From the sequence record MK308675.1: a stretch of 64,000 nt of DNA; one strand, 5' to 3'. Position numbers and translations under genes: made by a program. Position 1 is the stretch's first letter. Each line of letters opens with the position of its first letter. The notes under the pieces were generated by a model that ran no database searches, was not told the DNA's origin, and worked only from the letters and a program-made list of their open reading frames with translations. This document shows, one piece after another, positions 9,118 to 18,582 of the stretch.

Positions 9118-11600
9118 TAACTCATCTCCACTACAGTGTTGTACTCGCCATGGATTTGAACATTGTTCGTATTCATAGCGATAACGTCACAGTTAGCAAT
9201 GCCGCCGTATTCGGAAGCGAAGTGCGAAATCATGATAAGCTGAGAGATAGCGCCCGTGCTAATTAACTTACGAATAAACGCAAGCAGATTAGCTCGGTGA
9301 GCATAGTCAAAGCTACTGCCGATTTCGTCCATAAATAAAGGATAGCCCGCAAGTTCTTTCTGAGCCATGATGACTAGAGTAGCCGCTAGGTTAATGACGT
9401 CCTGTTCGCCAGTACTACCTACTTTAATGTCGGGACGTTCATCGCCATCCACGTGCATCGTAAAGTTGAACGATAGTTTCTTCTCATCTTTAGGAACCGA
9501 GATTAGAAGTTCGTGTTCCCAAATCTCACCCAAGATAGAGTTAACGCTAGCACAGAACTGGTTCAAGCTTTCTCTTAACTGACGACCGATAAAGCCATGT
9601 TGAGGAGAGATAGCTTTAACTAGTCGGTCAAATGCTTTCTTACGCTGAGCTAGTTGCTCGTTCTCTGAAGCCAGGAACTGACGGCGCTTCTCTAAGTCTT
9701 CCCAACGAGTCAAAGAGTTACGCATTGTACCTAGACGGCTTTGCATCTCTTTTACCTTGTTGGTAATTTCTAGAGTCGCTTCGTTATCAACCCACTCATG
9801 GAACAAACGGTCACGCTCTTCTACAAGCTTATCCATTTGGTTCTTGTAAGAAGTCAGCGCAGAGAACATTTGCTCTAGTTTACCATAGACGCGTACAGTA
9901 TTGCCCCAGTTAACTTTCTGGACAATCATTTCATCGTAGCGTTTAGTTAGCTCAGTGAAACGACCTTCAGCGTTATCTGTTTCAGATAGCTTGATGAGGT
10001 ATTGATATTCCTTCATCTTCTCTAGTTCGCGTTCTAAGCGTAGTTTCTCGTTCTCCTTAGCCAATCCATCTAACTCATCAGAGAAAGCCTGCATGAGAAC
10101 GTGAGGCGCTCTAAGGATGTCATCTGCCTTACCAATCTCCGTCCAGATTTTACTGAACATAGGGTATTGCCCTAAAAGACCAGTAACACGAGTCCGGTTA
10201 GCCATATAAAGGTCAACCTTATCCTGTTCAGCTACTCGTGCTTCTAACGTCTTCTCTGCTTCATCCAAAGCATTGCGTCCATTCTGAATGTTCGCTTCCA
10301 ACTGGGCCATCTTCTCGTCTGACATAGAGTCGTTACCCAGAATGCGAGTATCACAATTAGGACAGACAGTGTCAGACTGCTTAGCTAACACAGCATGATG
10401 ATGGATGGTTTCAGCACGGTCTAGCTTCTGTTTAATTTCAGCCACACGAGTCTTAGCCGCTGCGGTGGCATCGGTAATAGTCTTTACTTCTTCCTGACTA
10501 AAGAAGTCTAGAGAAGTAGGAATGTGGTCAGCCACAGAAGCAAAGTTACCGATTAGCAACTTAAGAGAGTTGGTCGCATCCGTGTAGTTCGTGTAAACAC
10601 CGATAATGGAAGAAGACCATGACTCTAGTTTTTCAGTAAGCGCTTTAATCTGAGCATCCAACTGAGACGCATCGATGGTGTCAGGGCATTCTTCCAAGCG
10701 CGCCATGACGTCGGAGAGTTCAGCTAGTTCTTTCTGTACGACTTCAATATCACCATCTACTGCTTCCAGTTTTTCTTTAGCTGAAGCAATGTTTGCTTTA
10801 AACTCTTCAAAGCTAGAGAACTGCTGAGGGAAGATAATCTGTTCTTCTTCGTAGTTAAGAATCTGTTTACGTAACTGCTGTGCTTTTGGCAAGATAGCTT
10901 CTAACTCGCGTTGGTTATTCGCTAACTTAGTTTCAATCGGATTGATGCCATTTAACGACAGATTAGTCAGAGGCAACAGACTAGTCACCGTTTCCTCTTC
11001 TTCCTTTAGACGCATCGCTAACTCTTCCATGTCGCCCATGGAGTCTAACTGAGCACAAAGGTCAGAGTACTTAACTGAAAGGTGCTTAGAAGCGCCTACA
11101 GCGTCACGCAGTGCTTGTTTTAGCTTATCGTAAGTAGCCAGTGCAAAATCGAAATTAACGCCAGAGATGTCGATAAGCATATTCTCGCGCTGAGACTTAG
11201 ACATCGAAGTGAAACGAATATCCTGTGTAAGGATGCGATGCAAGTGAGCGGTGTAGCCCATGTGTTGCTCAACGAGTTGGTTCTGTACCATTGCGGTACC
11301 GCCATCATTAAGTTCCTTACCGTCACGGATAAAGCTATGGTGTGGCTTCTTACCATAATGACTTTCTAGTTCGAATAGCACGTTATCTATCGATAGCCAG
11401 CGAGACTTCTTACAGCCGCCTTCACGAAACTCATTGCGGTCAGTCGTGGTCGGTGTCGCTGCACGGCTGATACTAGATTTACCAGAACCGTTTGTGCCCA
11501 AGATTAACTGCCAAGGCTGAGCAGGTGTCCAACGGAAGTAATTAATGTTGGATAATGACAACGGTTTAAAGCCCGTTAGTTCTAGTTCTAAAAGTTTCAT
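9117..11600 (-). CDS. sbcC: SbcC/Rad50-like SMC ATPase
   Basis: Walker A GTNGSGKS, coiled coils, zinc hook CPNC, signature STGE, Walker B LFMDEIG, H-loop ISH. Confidence 0.92.
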   Translation of the reverse strand: MKLLELELTGFKPLSLSNINYFRWTPAQPWQLILGTNGSGKSSISRAATPTTTDRNEFREGGCKKSRWLSIDNVLFELESHYGKKPHHSFIRDGKELNDGGTAMVQNQLVEQHMGYTAHLHRILTQDIRFTSMSKSQRENMLIDISGVNFDFALATYDKLKQALRDAVGASKHLSVKYSDLCAQLDSMGDMEELAMRLKEEEETVTSLLPLTNLSLNGINPIETKLANNQRELEAILPKAQQLRKQILNYEEEQIIFPQQFSSFEEFKANIASAKEKLEAVDGDIEVVQKELAELSDVMARLEECPDTIDASQLDAQIKALTEKLESWSSSIIGVYTNYTDATNSLKLLIGNFASVADHIPTSLDFFSQEEVKTITDATAAAKTRVAEIKQKLDRAETIHHHAVLAKQSDTVCPNCDTRILGNDSMSDEKMAQLEANIQNGRNALDEAEKTLEARVAEQDKVDLYMANRTRVTGLLGQYPMFSKIWTEIGKADDILRAPHVLMQAFSDELDGLAKENEKLRLERELEKMKEYQYLIKLSETDNAEGRFTELTKRYDEMIVQKVNWGNTVRVYGKLEQMFSALTSYKNQMDKLVEERDRLFHEWVDNEATLEITNKVKEMQSRLGTMRNSLTRWEDLEKRRQFLASENEQLAQRKKAFDRLVKAISPQHGFIGRQLRESLNQFCASVNSILGEIWEHELLISVPKDEKKLSFNFTMHVDGDERPDIKVGSTGEQDVINLAATLVIMAQKELAGYPLFMDEIGSSFDYAHRANLLAFIRKLISTGAISQLIMISHFASEYGGIANCDVIAMNTNNVQIHGEYNTVVEMS

Positions 11601-11672
11601 AATAAAATCTATTTTAAATGAATTTCCACTAGACGAATTGTCTAGATAGTTAATCTTAACAAAGGGTTACCG

Positions 11673-12755
11673 ATGATTAGTCAAGGCTCTCAGTTCAGAG
11701 TCGTCTCGATGGGTATTGTTGCAGAGAACAAACCAAGAGGCGAGAACGAAATCAGAATATGGCCTATTGAACTCTATAGCGAACTGAATGACGAAGTACG
11801 TCAAGACAGTGACGTGGTTGAGGCAACAGGTACAAAGGAGTCGGGCGAGAGATACCGATTCGAATTAAGACGCTCTGCTACTGTCCCTGCTGAATGGTTG
11901 GGAGAGAACAACAGAAGAACTTCACCGGATGTCCGTCGAGGCGAGCAGGTCTTCCTATGGCAATCTTCGGATGCCGATAAGTATTACTGGACCACTCTGG
12001 GACGTAAGAAAGACTTAGACTTACGTCGCTTGGAAACTATCGTCTACGCTTGGTCGGGAGACCCGAATAACGAAGACACGGAGTTCAACCTAGACAATGC
12101 TTACTACTTTGAGTTGTCTACTCACGATAAGTTAGTAACGTTCCGTACGTCTCAAGCCAATGGCGAGAAAGTTTCTTATCTTACTCAGTATAACACTGGC
12201 GACGGATATTACATTCTGGAAGATTCAGAAGAGAACCGTTTCTCTATCGATTCCATGGAACATCATCTTCGTTTAGAGAACGCTGACGAGTCTGTGATTG
12301 AAATCAATAAGACTGTAGCAAACATCTTTACTAAAGACGAAGTAAACATCCGAACCGATAAGTATACTCTGGAAGCAACCTCGTCGATTGATGTTAAGAC
12401 CTCCTCATATACAGAAAAGTCGGATACCTATAAACATTCCGGTGGAACAGTATCGTGGTCCTCTCAGTCCTTCGACAACACTACCGACAAGTATAACCGC
12501 AAAGCTTCTGTGAACACAGTCGGTGGGCCGGTGACATACGACTCCATGAATGCTTTCCCTGCATTTACATGTGGCCCTGGCGCTACGGCATCAAGCGGCG
12601 GAGGCGGAGGCGACTTCGTAGGCGAAATGAAAGGCGGGCTTAACCATACCGAAGGTAAGATTAAGTCTGTTGAAATGGAAGTAGATAAACTGGACGTAGG
12701 CGCTGGTAAGTTCCAATCCATCGAATGGTCTTCTGCGTCTGGCCCATTGCCATAA
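11673..12755 (+). CDS. Baseplate central spike / tail tip (gp5/gpV-like OB fold plus beta-helix; phiKZ gp164-like)
   Basis: RRTSPDVRRGEQVFLW OB-fold motif; T/S-rich short beta repeats; position next to sbcC. Confidence 0.75.
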   Translation: MISQGSQFRVVSMGIVAENKPRGENEIRIWPIELYSELNDEVRQDSDVVEATGTKESGERYRFELRRSATVPAEWLGENNRRTSPDVRRGEQVFLWQSSDADKYYWTTLGRKKDLDLRRLETIVYAWSGDPNNEDTEFNLDNAYYFELSTHDKLVTFRTSQANGEKVSYLTQYNTGDGYYILEDSEENRFSIDSMEHHLRLENADESVIEINKTVANIFTKDEVNIRTDKYTLEATSSIDVKTSSYTEKSDTYKHSGGTVSWSSQSFDNTTDKYNRKASVNTVGGPVTYDSMNAFPAFTCGPGATASSGGGGGDFVGEMKGGLNHTEGKIKSVEMEVDKLDVGAGKFQSIEWSSASGPLP

Positions 12756-12770
12756 AAAGAAAATAAGCTT

Positions 12771-12796
12771 CTCCCTTACCCGCAAAGGTAAGGGAG
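12771..12796. terminator. Bidirectional terminator
   Basis: CTCCCTTACC-CGCAAA-GGTAAGGGAG between convergent genes. Confidence 0.85.
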
Positions 12797-12802
12797 GAGT
12801 TA

Positions 12803-14257
12803 TTATGGCACTAGTCGCAGTGAAGAGAACGGAGCATTATAGATGCCCAAGTTATCTTTACCTTGCACAATGATTGCATGGCGGAAAGAGACCGGAGTCT
12901 TCGTGAACTTCACAAAGTAAATCTTGATTTCTTTCTCTTGCTCGAACATTCGTTTGAATGCAGAAACCTGAGGCATATGTATGCCCTGCGTTAAACGAAC
13001 CGTCAGCTTCTTACCTTCGTACTCTGTATCCAGAAGAATCAGTCTATCGAACTCAGTTGACTTGATGGGTACAGTTTTACCTTTCGCATTCTCTTCAAAG
13101 AACATAGCCGTGATGTCTTGAATGTCGTCATCTAAGTCGCCCGCTTCGAATTGTTCTAACAGGTCTAGTTTGCGCATACAAGAGTCAACGGCATCATCGG
13201 CTAGGCGAGGAATGTCTAGGTAGTAAGTCAACATGACTTTCTTATCTTGAGATAAGATGTTCTTGTTAGACTTCTTAAACTTCTGGTTCTCAGAACGAAC
13301 GAACTCTTCCCAACGTGCCTTCGAAGTGAACGCTGCCCAATCTACTACAAATGGGTAGTCCGCCACACGTGGTGCAATTTCGTTTTGGTACTGACGCAAC
13401 TTCGCATACTGCAAACATTGCTCTTTCGCTAAGATAAGACCTTCAGCAGCATCTGGGTCAATCTGCCCCAAGTTACGCGTCTTCGCTTCAATCTTCTTAG
13501 CTTTAGTTGCTTCGTCATCGTCTCCTGATTTAGCTTTAGTTGAGAACGCATGGTTCATGTAAATGGTGCGCCCATCTACTGTCATAGCTTGTGGACGATG
13601 CGAGATGTCTAGCAACTTACCGAAACAAAGGAAAGCGTTAGCCGGAGCTACCTTCTCTTTCTTCGGTTTCTTAGTCGCTGGTTTCTCGTCTGCTGTTGGC
13701 GGAACATCTTCTGTTGCTGGTTCTTCTGGCTCAGAAACATAAAAAGACTTCTCCGTACGGAACTTTTCACCTGCTTTCCCTCCCTCTTGGGCGAGTCGCT
13801 TACCTTCAGTAGCAGCAGAGTCAGCGTGTTCGTTACCTAGAATGCCAGAGTGACCTTTCACCCACGTGTACTGATAACCGACCTTCTTCGCATCGAGCTG
13901 CGTTTGTAGCTTATCGATGTCTTCCCAAAGTTCTCGGTTCTTAACGTCAGTGCCCATGCGGGTCATAAAGTCATTCTGTTTCCACTTCTGTAATGGGCCA
14001 CGACAGTTATCCATTACGTACTTAGAATCCATGTAGTAGTGCGCTTCTTTATAGTCGCCTTCTAACACTTCTTCCATTGCGTACTTATAGGCCATTAGTT
14101 CCGCAGCGTTGTTTGTACAACCTACGCCACCCGGCCCGTAAACGCCATATTCATTCTTGCCTTCTTCGGAAGGGTAACACCACGTGCCCCAGCCGCCTAC
14201 CCAATTATCATCGATAAGGGACGACCCGCCGTCGGTATAAATTTCAATTTTACTCAT
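12803..14257 (-). CDS. rnhA: Ribonuclease HI with long C-terminal extension
   Basis: YTDGG, TNNAAEL, MDSKYV and WVKGHSGILGNEHAD catalytic motifs. Confidence 0.92.
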   Translation of the reverse strand: MSKIEIYTDGGSSLIDDNWVGGWGTWCYPSEEGKNEYGVYGPGGVGCTNNAAELMAYKYAMEEVLEGDYKEAHYYMDSKYVMDNCRGPLQKWKQNDFMTRMGTDVKNRELWEDIDKLQTQLDAKKVGYQYTWVKGHSGILGNEHADSAATEGKRLAQEGGKAGEKFRTEKSFYVSEPEEPATEDVPPTADEKPATKKPKKEKVAPANAFLCFGKLLDISHRPQAMTVDGRTIYMNHAFSTKAKSGDDDEATKAKKIEAKTRNLGQIDPDAAEGLILAKEQCLQYAKLRQYQNEIAPRVADYPFVVDWAAFTSKARWEEFVRSENQKFKKSNKNILSQDKKVMLTYYLDIPRLADDAVDSCMRKLDLLEQFEAGDLDDDIQDITAMFFEENAKGKTVPIKSTEFDRLILLDTEYEGKKLTVRLTQGIHMPQVSAFKRMFEQEKEIKIYFVKFTKTPVSFRHAIIVQGKDNLGIYNAPFSSLRLVP

Positions 14258-14603
14258 TACAGTTAAACCTTCCTAAGTTAAAATCTTCAACAATGGATTC
14301 TAACAGAGCATTATTTTTCTCAAGTGCCTTAACATAAGAACGCACGCTTTCTTTTGGATTACTTGCTGATTTGAATTCTTCTTTATCTAAGGCACGGAAA
14401 CTTTTAAGTTGGCTAAACGCTTTCGGATAGCACGGAACTTTAACTTCTTTAGGAACGTTCACCGGTACTTCTACGCGCTCCGGTATGCGCACTATGATAG
14501 GTTCACTTGGTACTTCGACTACAACTGGCTCTGGTTGTATGACTCTAACAGTACAGCCACTTAAAAGTATTACTGCTGCTAAGGCGCTAATCAAATATCG
14601 CAT
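14250..14603 (-). CDS. Outer-membrane lipoprotein, o-spanin (Rz1-like)
   Basis: Signal peptide II with lipobox LSGC, Pro-rich region; overlaps the end of the i-spanin candidate. Confidence 0.7.
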   Translation of the reverse strand: MRYLISALAAVILLSGCTVRVIQPEPVVVEVPSEPIIVRIPERVEVPVNVPKEVKVPCYPKAFSQLKSFRALDKEEFKSASNPKESVRSYVKALEKNNALLESIVEDFNLGRFNCNE

Positions 14604-15066
14604 TGTACACTTCTCCTATATCGTCGGCTTTGACGGCTAAAACTTTTATGAGCGTTTCTTTATTCTCTACGTCATTGCTTAACCGTGCATTTTCGATTCG
14701 CAGTTCGGTCATCTGCTCACGTAGATTTATCTTCTCTGTTTTAACTTCCTCCAAAGCGTCTGTTAGGGAAACGGTTTTAGATTTGTATTTGGTCGCTTCT
14801 TTAGTTTGAGTGTCGACCTTCTCTTTAAGAGAAGCTATCTCTTTCTCATATTTGGCGACTTCCTTTGCATGGTCTTCTTTTAACTGTGCAATCTCGGCTT
14901 TAGCTAATGCGAGTTCTGTTTCTAAATCGCTCTGAGCGATTCCGTTAGACAGGGCCGAACTACCCATGCCAATCATAACCATAAGTAAGAGGATGCCTAA
15001 GGCTGCTCCGCCTATTTTAAAGTAGTTGGTATAGTTGGCGTAGTAATAGTCGAATATACGTTTCAT
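14587..15066 (-). CDS. Inner-membrane spanin (Rz-like)
   Basis: Single N-terminal TM helix followed by a long coiled coil; adjacent lipoprotein. Confidence 0.68.
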   Translation of the reverse strand: MKRIFDYYYANYTNYFKIGGAALGILLLMVMIGMGSSALSNGIAQSDLETELALAKAEIAQLKEDHAKEVAKYEKEIASLKEKVDTQTKEATKYKSKTVSLTDALEEVKTEKINLREQMTELRIENARLSNDVENKETLIKVLAVKADDIGEVYNAIFD

Positions 15067-15165
15067 GGGATATCTCCAGTAATAACTTAGTTGTCTAACA
15101 AATTCTTTGAGCCTGTATTAATAAAAGCGCTTACAGGCAATATATATATAAATGGGAGCTCTCTT

Positions 15166-16461
15166 ATGGCCTTAACAATACGCGGCTTTATCCAAATCCC
15201 AACCAACGCCAATAACACTGCGAATGCGGTAGCTGGTCTAGGTGAACTGTCGGATAAGGCTTACACGTACTCCCGAAACAAACAGTTTGTTTCGGACCCA
15301 GATAATGCACCGGATATCGACTTAGTCGTGTTCAATGCCGTTAACGAGTCGGACGCGGCCGTTAATGGACTAGACACTGCTGATGTAGCACCTGGTCTTA
15401 AACTGATTAATGACATCCACGATAACTTCGACAACTCAGGCTCTTTAACTGACTGGTTGACGGCTAATGCGGATGCAAGTCTTTCTAACTTCTCACATGG
15501 TAACATCATAGTAGAAGGCGGCATTAATATGCCTAACTACATTGAGTTTACCCATACGGATGCGGATACCACGACTTACAAGCTATGGATATCTGACGCG
15601 ACATTCTTAACGGATTACGATTTAAGTGAGACCGTTATTGTGCCTGCTATTTTGCCTGTGACCGACCTATATGCCGATTACACCACAGTGCAAGCCTCCC
15701 TAGCTAATTGGTCTAAAATCGATGAGATTAATGCTTTACAAGCAGCAACCGATTCGACTAAGTACACTGAAGTTACCACTTATGAACTTAAATGGAACGA
15801 GCCCACCAACCTAAGTAATCAGATTCAAACTACTTGGATGGTACTAGGCTATGGCCCTGACGGTACTCGTACTGACCGTGTGTTAGAAGCTATCCGTAAC
15901 TACCTAACGGCTAACTCTTCTTACACGGTAGACCAGTGGAAAGAATATCTGCCTGACATCCAAACGCTAGACGTGTACAACTTCATTCCTTTATGGGAGA
16001 ACACGGCACTGGCAGCGGGTCCAGGTATTGACTCTTTACAGCGCCCCGTGTTTAAACAGTCTTCTCTAGCAAACATCATGACCCAGGTTCTAGTAGGCCG
16101 CGATGCAGCGGACTGGACGGACTTCGGTGAGTCTCTGGTAGCTCTGTTCCGTAACATGCCTATCTTAATGATAGCAGGTGAAGCAAACGACCCGGCGCGT
16201 AACTCTTTCGAGGCATCGTTCCCGGACTACACCATGGTAGCGCTGAACGACCAATCGGCTAACCGCATTTCTGGTGCAACTCAAGATGCCATCTCGGCAC
16301 TCGATAGTCTCCTGCGTGCGGCAGAAATAGATGACGGCACCCAGACACTACCTTCGGGCATGACACGTAACCAAGTAGCGTCTCGCCGGTTCCTAGAGCG
16401 TTCTGTCGGCGGCATTGTTTTCCGTCTAGTAACGAAGTCGTCATTTGAAGAGGTGACCTAA
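15166..16461 (+). CDS. Virion structural protein (phiKZ-like)
   Basis: Start moved to ATG 15166 (GGGAG SD); acidic structural composition. Confidence 0.65.
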   Translation: MALTIRGFIQIPTNANNTANAVAGLGELSDKAYTYSRNKQFVSDPDNAPDIDLVVFNAVNESDAAVNGLDTADVAPGLKLINDIHDNFDNSGSLTDWLTANADASLSNFSHGNIIVEGGINMPNYIEFTHTDADTTTYKLWISDATFLTDYDLSETVIVPAILPVTDLYADYTTVQASLANWSKIDEINALQAATDSTKYTEVTTYELKWNEPTNLSNQIQTTWMVLGYGPDGTRTDRVLEAIRNYLTANSSYTVDQWKEYLPDIQTLDVYNFIPLWENTALAAGPGIDSLQRPVFKQSSLANIMTQVLVGRDAADWTDFGESLVALFRNMPILMIAGEANDPARNSFEASFPDYTMVALNDQSANRISGATQDAISALDSLLRAAEIDDGTQTLPSGMTRNQVASRRFLERSVGGIVFRLVTKSSFEEVT

Positions 16462-17060
16462 TGCCAACTCCAGTCCATCAGGCTGTGGGTTTGTATGAAG
16501 TAAAATCTCCCTTCTCCGTTACGCCCAATGCAGCATATATCTGTGAATCGATTCAAGGCTTCGAGGCTTTAATTGATAAAGGCGTCAATGTCTATGAGAC
16601 GTACTACTCGCCTCATAGTTTAACTCAAGCGGATTACGAGAGAGACTTAAAGAATAACGAGAACATCGTTACTCTCCTATCTTCAACTGAAGATACGGTT
16701 ATCTTACCGTCTAGCTACATCCTAAGCTTCCCTGACGAGAAAGCGGTTCCCTATAGCCGAACTTTGTTAGTGGTAGACTTAGGTGCGTTACCAGACGGCT
16801 TTGCAATGACAGCAACTCAAGAACATGTTAAAGAGGTCATAGACCACAACATCGGCATTGAGTCTGTCTCGAGTTTGGTAGTTGGACCAATTACCAACTA
16901 TGTAGACTATGCTACGCACGGTGACCGTGAACAAGCCAGACGCGCGAAGATTGATTATGAAGATTCTCCGTTACGTCAGTTAGCTATTGCGAATGAAACA
17001 ATCGCAGAGCAAGCCGAACGCATTAAGTTACTTCAAGCACAGCTGTTGAAATACATTTAA
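16461..17060 (+). CDS. Conserved phiKZ-like hypothetical/structural protein
   Basis: TAATG coupling; ILPSSYILSFP...PY motif. Confidence 0.6.
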   Translation: MPTPVHQAVGLYEVKSPFSVTPNAAYICESIQGFEALIDKGVNVYETYYSPHSLTQADYERDLKNNENIVTLLSSTEDTVILPSSYILSFPDEKAVPYSRTLLVVDLGALPDGFAMTATQEHVKEVIDHNIGIESVSSLVVGPITNYVDYATHGDREQARRAKIDYEDSPLRQLAIANETIAEQAERIKLLQAQLLKYI

Positions 17061-17065
17061 GAAAC

Positions 17066-17097
17066 TATACTCTCTGGCCGCAAAGCCAGAGAGTATA
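17066..17097. terminator. Bidirectional terminator
   Basis: TATACTCTCTGGC-CGCAAA-GCCAGAGAGTATA perfect stem. Confidence 0.85.
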
Positions 17098-17106
17098 ATA
17101 TTCTTT

Positions 17107-18345
17107 TTATGCGAACGAATAGATTTCTAAAACGTGTGCGTCTTTATACCCTTCTTTAGGGCGACTGTAGCCTTGCTCAGCAAAAGCATTCAGTTTAGGT
17201 AAAGGCACAACTTCATAAGTCCACGTAGGTCGTCTATTGTCGCCTGTGATGATTTGGACTTCATGTTCGTTGTAGTCGTTGATTGCAGCATTGGCCATTA
17301 ACATGTCATCGAAGAACACAATGCCTTTCGGTGCACGATAATGGTAGTAGGTGCGATACAAAGCATTTTTACCTAGAGGCTCACGCATGAACGCAAGGTC
17401 CGTATTCTTAACCAGCACGATAAAACTATTGTTGTCCACCAGATACTGTTTAGAATCGAAAGTAGAAACGTTTACGCCATTCCCTTGTAGGTTGGCTGGA
17501 CTAATCCAACTACGGGTGTGCTCTGGTTTACGAGCCGCACGCTGCATTGCTAAGTAATGGTCCACTTCTAGAAGAATCTTATCTCGGTCTACAATCTCGT
17601 ACGAGCCATCGTCTATAGTGTGAAGGTAGCCATCTAGCACTAACAGCGGAACGCAGCCGGACATGTCCTTACCAGCATTGATAACCATGCGAGTAACATG
17701 GCGCTGTTGGTCATTAAGCGTTCTCGTAACTTCAGTCACAGAACTCTCTTCAATGTTGATGGTTTCAATGCCGCCAATCTCGGAGAAGTCGATAAGGTTA
17801 ATGAGTTGGTCTTCTTCCACTTTAAAGCGCTCGTAAGCGCCCAGGATGTACAAGTACTCGCCTTGTAATGTCATTGGGTGGATAAGTCCGTTGACCATCG
17901 CTAAGGACGTCTCAGCGAGTTTAGCGGTGGCTCTCTTATCGAAAGAAGGATAACCCGTCTTAAACTTGATGTCTGTTTCCGCACCTTCTGGAATAGGGTT
18001 GCCTGCACCATAAAGAACATTAGCGCGGGTTACTTCTGAAGCAACGTCATAGACGTCGAAGACAGAAACGACATTTGAGTCACGCAAGCCATTAGCTTTA
18101 GTGGTGAGCTGTAAAGCGTCCTCACTTAAAGTTTGTACCCAAGCCGAAAGCGTTAGGGTAGTGTCGGAGCTTACCATCAAACTGCGATTAACACTGACGT
18201 AGAAATCTCTTTCGTACTCGCCATTCCAGTCTACGGTAAAGCGCCCGTTTTGTAGTTTCAGAACTTCGTTAAGAGTCCAAGAACTAATGTCCTTTTCTTC
18301 CCAAGCGTAGTCCTGTTTAACATAGGTTGTTACAATAGTGAACAT
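17107..18345 (-). CDS. Virion structural protein (phiKZ-like)
   Basis: 412 aa; repeated xNGxxH / LDGYLH motifs typical of these structural proteins. Confidence 0.6.
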   Translation of the reverse strand: MFTIVTTYVKQDYAWEEKDISSWTLNEVLKLQNGRFTVDWNGEYERDFYVSVNRSLMVSSDTTLTLSAWVQTLSEDALQLTTKANGLRDSNVVSVFDVYDVASEVTRANVLYGAGNPIPEGAETDIKFKTGYPSFDKRATAKLAETSLAMVNGLIHPMTLQGEYLYILGAYERFKVEEDQLINLIDFSEIGGIETINIEESSVTEVTRTLNDQQRHVTRMVINAGKDMSGCVPLLVLDGYLHTIDDGSYEIVDRDKILLEVDHYLAMQRAARKPEHTRSWISPANLQGNGVNVSTFDSKQYLVDNNSFIVLVKNTDLAFMREPLGKNALYRTYYHYRAPKGIVFFDDMLMANAAINDYNEHEVQIITGDNRRPTWTYEVVPLPKLNAFAEQGYSRPKEGYKDAHVLEIYSFA

Positions 18346-18582
18346 TTCGAGTTCCTTGGGTTAATAAAACTAAGCATAGGATTCGCCACTCCGTTATCTC
18401 AGAGCGGGCCTAATTTTATGAGCATTCTTGCCTTCCTTATATATAAAGAGGAAGAAGCGAGACTGATAATTAGGTCCGTCTAGCACTCTGGCAATTGCGA
18501 CGGCAATCGCTGGACTAAGACGGGCACCATCTTTTTCGCCATTAGACTTAGCGCGCACAACCTTTTAAAAGGAGTCTTACTC

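Noticed and set aside
3830-14257. Introns or inteins in the RNAP fragment, UvsX, SbcC or RNase H
   Set aside because: The reading frames are continuous with expected sizes and show no splice-junction or LAGLIDADG motifs.
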